DNA of 64,000 nt from Vicugna vicugna (Eukaryota), in assembly GCA_013265495.1 (NCBI GenBank), contig MU058540.1, forward strand, positions 829,696-893,695, read 5' to 3'. Shown one piece after another: positions 34,779 to 46,829 of the stretch (position 1 is its first letter; every line of letters begins with the position of its first letter). The position numbers and the translations under genes were made by a program. Below the pieces are notes generated by a model. That model was not told the origin of the DNA. It saw only the letters and a list, made by a program, of their open reading frames with translations, and ran no database searches.

Positions 34779-36989
34779 TAACTTAGAGTGTGATAGATTG
34801 AAGAAGTGCTGGCTAATGGTGTTTCTGTTGAGAGAACGCTGAATATACTAGTTTTTACTGTACTTCTATAAAAATGAAAAAGTTCCTAACTTCATAGCTC
34901 TGAGGGGAAAAGATTTATCATCGTTGGACTAGAGAAAATGCAGTCAACTTAGTATGATTCTGCAAGAAGGGAAATAGACTAAGAAATATTTGTAGGTCCC
35001 CAGAAATCCAAGGACAGAGCAGACATCAGATCTGTAATTTCCAGGGCAAAGGTCCCTGTGGAAAATCTTCAAGATGTACAGATGTCAATATCCTCAAAAT
35101 GGGATGCCAAAGTCTGGAGGAAGTTCACATAGCTTTTAAGTAGAGCACCTTCCTCCCAGTTCAGGGAAGTCCAGGTGGAACCAGTTCCTCAAAGGCATGC
35201 AGACAGTAAAATAAAATAGTGTGTTTTCAAGTGGTAGCTTATGCTTCTCTGAGAGGTCTAAAAAATGAGACTCTAGATCGATTCTTTGACAGAGTTAGGA
35301 GGCAGTCTGTATTGTCTCAAGAAGGAAAATAGTGCAGAATCTATTCAGCCTTACTAAGGTAAAACAAAAATTGATTAATTAAAATAAAACACAGAAAAAT
35401 AGTCAACCCAAAAGAAAGCAGAAAGGGGGAAACAGGGAAACTGATAACAGAGGTTATGGAAATCCAATCATAACATGGAAGCTCTAATCCAAGCATGCCA
35501 ATAATCACAGTAAATATAAATACTCTGAACATATCAATTAAAAACCAGAGATTATTGGAATGAATAACAAGCTATCAAGACACAATCACATGTTGCCTAT
35601 AAAGAAATCCACTTTACAACATAGTTAAAAGGTTGGGAAAAGATGTATCTTGCAAACAGTAATCAAAAGAAAGCTAGAGTGGCTATTTTAATATCAGACA
35701 AGGTAGGTTTCAGAGTAAGGAAAATTTCCAGGGATAAAGAGGGGTATTTTATAATGATAAAAGAATGAATTCGATAGGAAGATAACACCCCTAAAAGTGT
35801 ATGCCCCTAGCAAGAGAACTTCAAAATGCACAAAGCAAAAACTGACAGAAATGAACAGAGAAATAGACAAGATCTACAATCATAGTTGGAGATTTCAACA
35901 CTTCTTTCAGCAATTGATAGAAAAAGTAGACAGATCAGTAAGGATATAGAACTGAACCACATCCTCAACAGACTGGATCTAATTAACATCTATAGAACAC
36001 ACTGACAACAGAATGCACATTCTTTCCAAGTGCTCATAGAACATTCACTGAGGTAGACCATATCCAGGGTCATGAAGCAAATCTTAACAAATTTTAAAAA
36101 TTGAAGTTATAGAAAGTATGTTCTCTGACCATAATGGAATTAAATTGAAAGTTAATAATGAAAAAGGTAACTGGTAAATTTCCAAACACTAGAATTAAAA
36201 CAACATATTTAGTCAATAGAATACTACTCAGCAAGAAAAAGACTACTGATTCAACAACTTGGATAAGTCTCAAAGGCATTATGCCAAGTGATGGAAGCCA
36301 AATTCAAAAGGTTATATAGGTAAGATTTCAATCATGTGACATTCAGGAAAAGGCAAAACTACAGCAATGGAGAACGAATCAGTGGTTGCCAAGGGGCAGG
36401 GGTAGAAGGCAGAAGGGCTGCGTAGAAGGCATCCCAACTGTGGTGGTGGTTACAAGAATTTAATATGTAAAACAGTACGCCCTAATTTTCTTTTTAATGT
36501 TTTAATTTGACTGTGTCATTCTCCTACTGAAAATCTTTCCTGGCTTCCCAGTGGCCTTGTACAAAAGCCAGACTTCTCACAGGCAGGGTCTCCAGCCCAC
36601 CTGCCAGCTTCATCTCCCACCAGCAACCCTTCAATCTGCACCCCAGGCACTTTAGCCTTTCCTCAGTTCTTTGAAGACGCAGGCTCTCTCCTGCCTCAGG
36701 GCCTTTGTCCATGCTAAATTCCCTTGCCTGTAGGCTTCCTTCTGCTTCTCTGCAGCCAGCATTTGTGAGTTGCAGAAAGGAAGTGGCGGTGAGGAGGCAT
36801 ACTCTAACCTCTTCCCCAGTCTCTCCCCAAACTGGTAAGGGCTGCCCCCCAGCCTACCTGGCTCATTCCTCCCCTCCTCTGCCCAAACCACCTCTGAACT
36901 TGTCATGGTCCACCAAGGACCTTAAGTTTAAAATGTAGATTGTAAGGTAAACCTCAGAACACACTCCTCACAGTGATCTTTAAAAAGCT

Positions 36990-37620
36990 CAAAAACTGGG
37001 GCGAGGGGGGAGGGGTGATAGACGGGGGCGCCGACAAACGCAGATACAGGTCCCGGACAGCATCTACGAGTGCATCTAACCCAGGAGGTCGGCCGATGGG
37101 GGAATCTGCAATTCAGCATGACCCCAGAGGCTCTCGGGTGGTCTTGGGACCGCTGCCCATCCACAGGCGCTGCTGCATCTCCGCACACCCCTCCTGGCTC
37201 CAGGCCCACGTAGGGGGCAGTCTCTGAGAGGCGCCCGCGTGGGCACGGGAAGCACAGGGCCGAGCCCCCTCTTTGAAAGCAATTTGGAAACCTTTTCATT
37301 TCTTCCTTTGTGAGGAAAAAGGAAAACAAGGCTGATTCCTCTCTACATAATTGTCAGGGGCGCGGGAGAGCACGGGAAATGGCAGGCTTTAGCGCACCAG
37401 GCAATTTGCTGGATTTCAGGGCTGGCGGCGCAATCGATCGCTTGCAATTGGCCCCTCCTGGGCCCCCGCCCCGCGGCCCCCCGCCCCCCCCTTTCCCCAC
37501 TGCTCTGCGGGAGGGCGGGTCCAGGAGCCAGGCCGGTTATGCTGCGCCTGGATGCCGCCCCAGGCTGTGGGTAGTCAGGGTCAGGGCGCCCCACTAAAAG
37601 TTGAGGGTGAGGAGCCTGTG
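36990..37620. promoter_or_regulatory. Small CpG-island-like region with GC boxes and a C-rich G4/i-motif tract (37452-37498)
   Basis: Visible CpG enrichment vs flanks; cccccgccccgcggccccccgcccccccc. Confidence 0.55.
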
Positions 37621-37867
37621 GGACCCACGGGGACACCGTCCCCCAAGGCTGCACCTCCAACGCTACCAGTCCCGCCCCACCCCCCAGCCTTAAAGAGTCT
37701 TCACTACCCCCTGCAGGATGCAGGATGGCCCACTCGGCAGAAATCTCCCAACCCGCGCACAGATCCCCCACATCCACTTGGCAAGGGCAGAGCCTTCCTC
37801 CCAGCCCCCCAAACCCCCCCACTCCCCAACTCAAGGCTTCAGCACCCTGGCTGTGCAACGGGAATAC

Positions 37868-37937
37868 CCCATGCCCATTTTATAGATGAGAAAACTGAGG
37901 CCCAAGAGGTTAAGTGACCTGTCCAAGAATACACAAG
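37868..37937 (-). mobile_element. MIR fragment (target of the following L1)
   Basis: cccattttatagatgagaaaactgaggcccaagaggttaagtgacctgtccaag. Confidence 0.85.
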
Positions 37938-39020
37938 AAAGCAAAGGAAACTAAACTAAACAAAAAGACAACCTACAGAATGGGAGAAAATATTTGCAAA
38001 CAATGCAAGTGACAAGGGCTTAATTTCCAGAATATATAAACAGCTCATACAACTCAATAACAAAAACAAATAACCCAATCAAAAAAATGGGCGGAAGACC
38101 TAAACAGACATTTCTCCAGTGAAGACATACAGGGGGCCAATAGGCACATGAAAAAGATGCTCAAATTGCTAATTATCAGAGAAATGCAAATCAAAACTAC
38201 AATGAGATATCAATTTACACCAGTCAGAATGGCCATCACAAAAAACATCCATAACAATAAATGCCAGAGAGGATGAGGAGAAAAGGTAACCCTTCTACAC
38301 TGTTGGTGAGAATGTAGTTTAGTGCAGCCAATATGAAAAACAGTATGGAGAGTCCTTAAAAAACTAAAAATAGATCTACCATATGATCGAGCAATCCTAC
38401 TCCTGGGTGTATATCCAGAAGAAACTCTAATTTGAAAAGATACATGCACCCCAATGTTCATAGCAGCACTTTTTACAATAGCCAAGACATGGAAGCAACC
38501 TAAGTGTCCATCAACAGATGACTGGATAAAGATGAGGTATATTTATACAATGGAATACCATACAGCCATAAAAANNNNNNNNNNNNNNNNNNNNNNNNNN
38601 NNNNNNNNNNNNNNNNNNNNNNNNNNNNNNNNNNNNNNNNNNNNNNNNNNNNNNNNAAGAAAAATATGATGTCATTTATATGTGGAAACTTTTTAAAAAA
38701 TGACACAAATGAATTTATTTACAAAACAGAAACAGACTCACAGACATAAAAAACAAACTTACAGTTACTGAAGGGGAAGGGTTGGGGGATAAATTAGGAG
38801 TTCAGGATTTGCAGATACAAACTACTATATATAAAATAGATAAACAACAAGGTCCTACTGAATAGCACAGGGAACTATATTCAATATCTTATAATAACCT
38901 ATACTGAAAAAGAATATGAAAAGTTATATATATATGCATAACTGAATCACTACGCTGTACACCAGAAAGTAACACAACATTGTAAATCAACTATACTTCG
39001 ATTACAAAAGAAAAAAGAAA
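37938..39020 (+). mobile_element. 5'-truncated, relatively young L1 with TSD; spans assembly gap 38575-38656
   Basis: ORF2 C-terminus ([25 protein letters not shown]), 3' UTR, A tail; TSD aagaa(t/c)acacaag at 37925-37937 and 39021-39033. Confidence 0.93.
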
Positions 39021-39234
39021 AAGAACACACAAGGAGAGTCCCACCGTGGTATGGGATGTGGGGGGATGCCTCTTTTCCTGACGCCTCACGCCCAAATTTC
39101 AGTCAGCCCACAGACCTGTGAACCCTTGGGCCTTGTAAGTCAGGAACCACCTCGTTCCTGGTGTTATTATTCCTCCAACCAAGTGGCCCGACATCCATGC
39201 AGCAGCGGTGATTATTTGTGGGGGAAAGGAAAGA

Positions 39235-39410
39235 AACTTTTGCCTATTGAGTTCCTGCCATGGGCTGGTTATCGTGCCAAGAGTTTTATATGTATCACCT
39301 CCTTAACCCTCACCATGACCCCATTCCACAGATGAGGCCAGAGAGGTTAAGTAGCCTGTCCCACGTGACTCAGCTAATAAGTGGCAAAATGGGGCTTCCA
39401 GACCAGCCCT
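39235..39410 (-). mobile_element. MIR SINE
   Basis: tattgagttcctgcca.., cagatgagg..agaggttaagtagcctgtcc. Confidence 0.8.
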
Positions 39411-40556
39411 GATACCCCAAGGTGGTCTGCCAAGTCCCCAGGGGTTTCCTGTCCATCCTCCCACAAACTCTGATGCCCCTCCCTGGGAAAATGTCCCTGC
39501 CAGCCCCTCCGTGGGCAGGAAAGAGTGAAGAGGGAAACCAGGCCCAGCCACCAGCGGACGGCGGGGGCGGCTGCCGTGTTTATTAATTTTCTGCCTCGGT
39601 GGGTCTGCAGCCCCAGCCGGAGCCCACAGAGTTGCCATCCAGTCTATTAAATAATTCTGTCTGGGAAGAACTTGGCATGCGCGGGACATGCTGATGGGCC
39701 TTTAAAATGTAATTGCCGTGCTAAACAAGATTAGAAGTGGGGAGGTGGGCAGGGTGAGCCCAGATGAAAGGGTGGCTGTGTTGGACAAGGCGAGGGGGCT
39801 GAGGACACAAAGTTCTGTCAGAGCCCCGGGCCCTGGCACCCCACACCTCCTGCGCCACAGGGTCGGCACCCTGGCCTGAGCCCCCTCAACGTTCCGTCAA
39901 CTGGCAGAGCACTGGCTCCCCATGTCCTGCTGTCCCTCTGCTTCTCCTCCTCCTCCCCGATCCTGCAGGCCCCTCCAAACCAGCCACACCAGCCTAGACA
40001 TGCTTTCCTGAATGTTCCCTGACCCCTCCCACTTCTCAGCCTTCGCTCACACAGTCTCTTCACTTAGGATGCTGTACTCCCTTGGCCATCTAAAACTCTC
40101 TCCGTCCTTTAAAAGCCCTCCCAGATGCCCAGACCTCACCATCTTCACGTACTTTTCTCTAAACCATGGCTTCTGCTCCCGTATCTTTTCTGCTTATACG
40201 CTGCCGCCTGCGTCAGGAGCCTGCACACAGCCTTCTCTGTGGGTGACTGGTCTTCCTCCATCACCGCCGCTGCCTCTGCCCTAGCCCTCCTTCCCAGGAA
40301 AGAACCAGCCGCCCCCTGTTTACCCCCTGCCCCCCGGTGTACAGGCCAGGTTTCTCCCTGGCCGCTGGCCATAGGCTTGGGGCTCAGAGTCAGGCATCCA
40401 CCATGGATGCTGTCGCCAGGAGCCCAGGGCCAGGCTCATCGAGGCTGTGGCCTGTGTGTAAGGAGAGGCAGGGGCTCTAAACCTGAATCCCACCCCCAAA
40501 ATCCCACCTTGCTTGGAAAGGGTGGCAGCCTGGTCACTTTGCTATGGTGACATCCC

Positions 40557-41087
40557 AGCATTTTCAAAGCAGAGAGCTCTTTTCACAAATGGAATCTAAG
40601 TAGAATCGTCATGTGCAAAACAGGTAAAAGTCATATTTTGTCAGTACAAGTGCCTTTGATACGCGCCCATGGATGCCATATTCTTAGTAGAAGAATGGAG
40701 AACAATTACAATAAAATTAGATAAGATGAGAACAAGGCTGTTTGTTGAATATGAAATAAAAATAAGGGATTATCAGTGACGGTTTCTGCTCTCAGCCTCC
40801 ATCCTCTTTCCACATTTCATTTCAGTTGTACACTATTACTTATTCATACAGATAAGTAATTACAAGTTAAAAGAGGTTTTTGTTTCTTTCTTATCCCTCC
40901 TGGCAATACTTTTCAGTTAAATACAGATGCAGGAGAATCTTTAGTCCCAGCTCCACTCAGAGCAAACTTTCTGGGGGGGTTAAAATTGTAAAACTGGTAT
41001 TGAAAATGAACTTGAGTCAAACATTTGTAAACTCTGCGGTGCCTCCAGAGTACCCCAGGGTCTGCAGACACAGTTTGGAAGCCACAG
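40557..41087. mobile_element. hAT-Charlie element with MER112/Charlie9-like ends
   Basis: cagcattttcaaa..gaatctaagtagaa..aaaacaggtaaaag; ends cacagtttggaagccacag. Confidence 0.5.
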
Positions 41088-41174
41088 ACTTTGCAGCCAC
41101 GTCTCACTTAGCCATCCCTCCACTTGGGGTCAGGGGTCCTGCCCCTCAAATCCAGTTCATTCCTTGTTTCCCAA

Positions 41175-41395
41175 AGAGTCATACAACCTCAGAGTTGGGA
41201 AGGACCCCAAGGCTGTAAAGTCCAAAGCCCACTTTATGCAGGAATTCCTCCATAGCCCTCAACAGCAAGTCCTCCAGCCTCTGCTTAAATACCCGAAGTG
41301 ATGGAGAACTTACCACTTTAGGGGGTTGCCTGGTCCCGTCTGGTCCATGGTGGAGCAGTTCTAATGGTTAAACCTCTCTTCCTCTCTGAACTGGT
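41175..41395 (-). mobile_element. L3/CR1 LINE 3' end
   Basis: gagttgggaaggacc..tgcaggaattcc..ccagcctctgcttaaatac..gtgatggagaacttaccac. Confidence 0.75.
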
Positions 41396-42284
41396 TTCTT
41401 TACCTGTAGAATGGACATAATAATATTTTTCAAGCCAGACTGCCCTGAAGACCAAATAAGATGATACTGAGCTGGCAGGTACTAAGAGTTCAACAATGCT
41501 GAGTCCCCTGTGTCCTTCTCTGCCTTCAGAGCACCCTCATTTTAGAGGTGCAGACAGCCTCATGCCCACAGAGACAAGAACATGATGTGGCATAAGCTTT
41601 GCAGTGGGGGTGGGGTGGGGTGGACGTTCCTCTGGGAGATCCCTAAGGGAAGCCTGCCTGGGGAGGTGGTCCATGGGCGTGTCAAGGGCCTGTGCCCCCA
41701 GCGAGCTTCACCAACTCCAGGCACCCCACCCCTGCCCCAACCCGGGGCCCCACCTCCCCCACTGGCCTTGGAGCCTCATCTGTCTTCCTTCCTGTCACCA
41801 GAGCTGGAGCCTTGTCAAGGAGGCAAGGGGATTAAAGCCCAGGGCCAAATGCGCCCCCGCCAAGGAGCTGGCACTTCATTACCCGCCTGCCCAGCTGTCT
41901 GTGGCCATCGATCGGCCCTGGCCTGAGCGACCTCCAATCGATGGGCAGCATGTTATTTACTGGATTCTGTCCTGAGCCAGCTGGGAAGAGGGGAAAAGAG
42001 CCACATTCCTGAGGCAGAGAGGCCCAGCCACCAGCAAGCCCTGGGGTGGGAGGGAAAGGAGCAGGTGGCTGGCAGCGCTCCGCTGGGGTCAGGGGTCCCA
42101 GGCCCAGACCCAGTGGGCATAGCAGCATGACCTTGGCTGAGGTCTCTGGGCCACAGCGTCCTCTGTGAAAGGCTCAGGTGGGGCCAGCAAGGTTCACAAA
42201 CTCAGCACACAGGGCGGCAGATACTGAGGATGAGAGAAGGGGTGGCGTGGGGCCGGCGGGATGGAGCCAGCGCCCTGTGCAAAG

Positions 42285-42470
42285 GCAAGTTCATCTTCTC
42301 TTAGGGGAAGACAGGGGGTCTTATCAAACAGATTACCTCACTGGTGTTGATCAAGAAATGCCATACTAATTGGTTTAAAATTCCACTTGAAACTTCAATC
42401 AGGTTAGTGATTAAACCTTGATGGGGCCTAGCGTAAGTGACTCCATTTGGGGCCTGTCTTCTTTTTAACA
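42285..42470 (-). mobile_element. ERV1-type LTR 5' fragment
   Basis: Minus strand begins tgttaaaaagaagacaggccccaaatggagtcactta. Confidence 0.55.
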
Positions 42471-43967
42471 TTTGCAACCAAAATATCTGAACTAGGACTG
42501 GAGCAGGGAGGCCATTCTAGCAGGGGGCACAACACGGGTAAAGATACAAAGGCAAAGAATTTGTAAGAGGTATTCCTGGCATGGTGGTGGTGAGTGGCCC
42601 ACCCAGGTGAGAACAGAGCAGGGTATGTGGGGGCGCATGTGTATACATCCATTCATGATATGCACCTGTGTCCCTAGGCAGTTTGAAGCTGTGGAGAATC
42701 AGAACAGAGAATGGGATAAGGGGCCAGAAGAGTGGGCTGGGGCAAATTATGGAGATCCAGAATGTCAGGAAGTACTATGAGCAGATGGATGTGTGTCCAG
42801 ACAGATCTGGCCTATGTGGCGTAGAGGGAGGCTAGAGGCAGAGAAATGGCCCAGAGAGTGGGGATCAGAGCTGGCTGCCCTGGGAGGACATGGCCAGGGC
42901 AGAAGCACAGCATTGACTGTGGGGTGCAGAAAGAAAGGGGGCCACTATTTCCACTTTGGATAGCCAAGAGAACTGCAGGGTTATTGAATTATGAAGAGAA
43001 ACCTGTCTTAGTTGGTTGGGTTTGGGCCCTGTGCTTTTAGGGTGAAACTGACCCAGGCAGTTGGAATTACTGATTAGGAGAGAAGCTGGTGGTTCAATTT
43101 AGGAGGCATTGGCATGGAGGGGCCTGTAGGACAAGTTCTCCAAGAGAAGATGCCTGTGCCCATCAGAGCTCGTTGCCCATTCACTGTCCACTCTGGGCCC
43201 CATTACAATTCTGACACCGAACCCAGTGGGTGGTTTTTTCCCCCATAAACTCAGTACATGTTAATATAAGTAATATATTTTGTGAAAGATAAAACAATAA
43301 AAAAAAAGAGTATTAGTGTTTTACATTTTCACTAATCTCTTTAAATGCCTGGCTTAATAGATGACAGCTGGACCCTCTTATTGGCTTTTACATTCAGTCT
43401 CCTGCAATATGTTGTTTTGGTTGAAGTTGATAAAGAAAATCTGGCCTCCCCCAGATATGGAGTGGAAAAGAATTCTGGTAGCCTTTCCTGTCATTATGGT
43501 CATTCTTCTCTAATACTACACCAAACCTTGACTTGTGATAGATTCTGGAACCTGAAACTTTTCTGTTGCTTAATTCTGTTACATTAAAATCCACTGGTCT
43601 GTGTTGCACTTTGAATGGGTCTTTTACCTATCTATCATTTTTTTAAATAGTATACATTGGTCATTAGGAGATCACAGCCTCTAAGTATTGGGAAGCTCAT
43701 AGTAGTACATAAAAGTTGCCCCAAATCCAAATTTTTGCTTGAAAGCTCAAACTTTATCATTGGCAACAAGTACTGTCATTTGTTTTTCTTGAAGTGACAT
43801 ACTTCATTCATTTTCAACAACATGTATGCCAAGTACCCGAGACTGAAAAACTAGTTTGTCTACAGTTGGCTTTTTTTCAAGTAAAATTGGTGCTCCGTGA
43901 AAAAAAAATGGCTGTTTCCACTTACAACTCAATTCCATAAGCACTATTTTTTGAGACAATTATCATA

Positions 43968-44796
43968 CAACAGCCCCCCTTGTCCATGGTTTCACCTTAC
44001 TTGGTTTCAGTTACCTACAGTCACCTGCAGTCCAAAAATACTAAATGAAAAATTCCAGAAATAAACAATTTTGGAAGTTTTAAATTGCACATTGTTTTGA
44101 GTAGTGTGATGAAATCTCTCACCGTCCCACCCACTCCAGCTGGGTCTAATCACACTTTGTTCAGCCTTTCCCAGTCTTTAGTCATTTAGGAACTGCCGTG
44201 TTATCAGATCAACTGTCGTGATATCACAATGCTTGTGTTCAAGTAACCCTTATTGTACTTAATAATGGCCCCAAAGCGCAAGAGTACTGATGCTGGCGAT
44301 TCGGATGTGCCAAAAAGAAGCTGGAAGGGGCTTCCTTTAAGTGAAAAGGTGAAAGTTTTCAACTAGGTAAGGAAAGAAAAAACAAATCATATGCTGAGGT
44401 TGCTAAGCCGTAAGAACGAATCTCCTATCCATGAAATTGTGATGAAGGGAAAAGAAACTCGAGCTAGTTTTGCTGTTGCACCTCGAACTGCAAAAGTTTC
44501 AGCCACCATACGGCTAAGACGGAAAAGGCATTAAGTTTGTATAATAAGATATTTTAAGAGAGACAGAGAGACCACATTCACATAACTTTTATTACAGTAT
44601 ATTGCTACAGTTGTTCTATTTTATGATCAGTTATTGTTCATCTCTTACTGTGCCCAGTTTATAAATTAAACTTTCTCATAGGTATGTATGTACAGGGGAA
44701 AAAACATAGTATATATAGGGTTCAGTACTATCCGTGACTTCAGGGATCAACTGAGCGTCTTGGAACGCATCCCCCGCGGACAAGTAGGGACGGCTG
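43968..44796. mobile_element. MER44/Tigger7-derived TcMar element
   Basis: TA TSD at 43966-43967 and 44797-44798; TIR-like ends caacagccccccttgtcc / ggacaagtagggacggctg; internal atggccccaaagcgcaagagt.. Confidence 0.88.
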
Positions 44797-45103
44797 TACG
44801 TTTCTGCTTTATCTGCGCTTCCTATTCTGCCACACAGAATAGCAAAAAGACGTGTACTTGAGAATACAGATGTAATAAAGTTAATGATTTTTATTGGCTT
44901 ATTGAGGACATTCTTAGTGAAACTGGCTTTTCTCTTTCCTGCAGTGCTTGGTGGTGACGGATACATGCCTACGGGTGCTAGATTTGTGCTAAGGCACCAA
45001 CAACACTCTGAAGCACTATAGCTTTTGTACCATCAGTTGCAAATAATCAACACAGCAAGAATGGCAAATAACATGTCTTAGTATTACTATGAAAATAGTT
45101 TTG

Positions 45104-45190
45104 GGAAATAGCTCAGTGGTAGAGTGAAGGCTTAGCATGTGTAAGGTCCTGGGTTCAATCCCCAGTGCCTCCATTAAGAAAAGAAAGAAA
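45104..45190 (+). mobile_element. Short tRNA-Ala-derived SINE (Vic-1-like)
   Basis: tagctcagtggtagag..gcttagcatg..ggttcaatccccagt; perfect 13-bp TSD gaaaatagttttg at 45091-45103 and 45191-45203. Confidence 0.92.
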
Positions 45191-45329
45191 GAAAATAGTT
45201 TTGACCACATAGCCCTCCTGAAAGGGTCTTGGGACCACAGCTTGAGGACTGAGCCCCTAAAGATAGAGGCTGTATCGTCATCTTGTCCCCGGGTCCTCGG
45301 CACAGCAACGGTGCAGAGTAACAGTCAAC

Positions 45330-45450
45330 AGTGCTGAGCACTCACTGAGAACCTTCGAGGGACGGATTCATTACCTCACAACAGCCTTTGAGATAGGTAC
45401 TTTCATTATCATACCCATTTCACAGGTGAGGGGACTGAGCCCCAGAGCGG
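45330..45450 (-). mobile_element. MIR SINE
   Basis: cctcacaacagcctttgagataggtac..cccatttcacaggtgagggga.ctgag. Confidence 0.8.
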
Positions 45451-46829
45451 GGCCTCTCTCTACCACCTCTCTGTCAGAGACTAGACTCGTGCTGACTCCA
45501 GAAACAAGGCTGGGAAATTATTCCTCTCTGCATTCCTAGTCAGCTCTTCAGATTCAATAAAGCTCCATCTGTACGTGTGAACCTCCCAGGCACCCCTCCA
45601 CACAGCTGGCAAATCTAGTCCCCACACACCAGTCAGAGAAACTGAGACACTGAGAGGGTAGGGGTTTGTCTGGGACCAAAGTGCACATCTGTCCAGGGCC
45701 CTGGATACTACAGTGAGCAAGGCAGCTGGAGGGTGGTCCCAGTGCTCAGACAGCAGGGCCCAGCCTGGCCCTGAGTGCCCAGTGGCTAAGCAGCCCCAGC
45801 CCCTCACCCAGAAAAGCCTCCACTCCACACTCTCCCTCCTGATCCCAGGACCCGGGCCCTAAGGAAATGTTGGGCTATATGACTCTCCCTCTCTAGACCA
45901 CAATCTACTCATCTAGACAGCAGGGTGGCAGGTGCCGGTACAGCCTCACTGACCTCTGCATCTCCTTCTGGCTCCCCAGTTGTCGCCGAGGCTCCCCAGA
46001 CCCGCCATGCATGCCAATCGCCTCCGGGAGGCGCCGAGCCCCTGACAGAATCAGTTAACACACAGACACCTCTCCTCTGTTTGCTGAGGCCCCTGGAGGC
46101 CCTGGCTCATTTTCTCCCCCTCCCAGAATCACAGAAAAGTAAACAACCACCCGGAGACGCTCCACTGGGTAAACAATCTAGAGTTTGCTCTCCAAATTGC
46201 CACCCGCCCCCACCCCGGAAGGTTGCACCGAGAGCTGACAAGTTTATCTGTAATTCACAGACCTGGATTCCCTGTCACCCACTGCTCCCCTCCTTCCACC
46301 ACATGTGCTGCCAGAGCTGGAGGGGCTGGGGGGCCTTGGGCGGTCGCAGGGGCTGCCCTGAGCGGGTGGGTGGACAGCCAGGACAAGGGGACCCCCTGCT
46401 AAAAAGAGGCTCATATTGGATCCAAACCCAATGTCATGGACCCTTGCATCTTGGCCTGTTCTGCAGTGTGCCACCCAGGGTCACCTTCCCAAGGCTGCTC
46501 TGGGTCCCTCTGCCCTGCTCCAAAATGCTCCCCCCCTCTCTGCCCCAATTTCTTGTCATCTCAGCTTCTATACCTCTCTTTGTCCCGTTCTACCCTCCTT
46601 GTTCTCACCTGCCAGTCCTCCTCCCCATGTAACCCTGAGGAGCCCCTGTGACCCACCTCTCCCCACCCTTGGGTCCCTCCCCACAACATGTAACACCAAT
46701 GGAGGTCCTGGGGGTCCAGGACCTGACAGGGCCCTGCCCTGAAGAGCCAGCAGACAGACAAGAGGCTCACACCATGACAGACGAAGGGCTCGGTCATGTT
46801 GCTGTCGCACAGACTGCCTCCCTCCCTCT

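Larger units (their letters stand above)
33940..36500 (+). mobile_element. Old L1 (L1MC/MD-like): inter-ORF spacer, ORF2 endonuclease remnant (35365-36210) and 3' UTR (36213-36500); interrupted at 34005-35364
   Basis: agactgtgaagttatgtatattgtaatc; aaagaaagctagagtggctat, atagttggagatttcaacac, ttctctgaccataatggaattaaa; aggcaaaact..atcagtggttgcca. Confidence 0.85.
43250..45255 (-). mobile_element. Charlie1a-like hAT element, host to a Tigger derivative and a SINE
   Basis: aatctctttaaatgcctggcttaatagatgacagctgg, gaaagctcaaactttatcattggcaacaa, ttttgtaccatcag..gcaaat. Confidence 0.85.

Noticed and set aside
38210..38669. ORFs with protein-like text ([19 protein letters not shown]..)
   Set aside because: L1 ORF2 C-terminus and its antisense, not a host gene
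45925..46632. Longest ORF (235 aa); similarly 21746-22444, 32789-33439 and 4334-4882
   Set aside because: Alternative starts, Pro/Ser/Gly/Leu-biased GC-rich noise or L2-derived; no recognisable domain or exon structure
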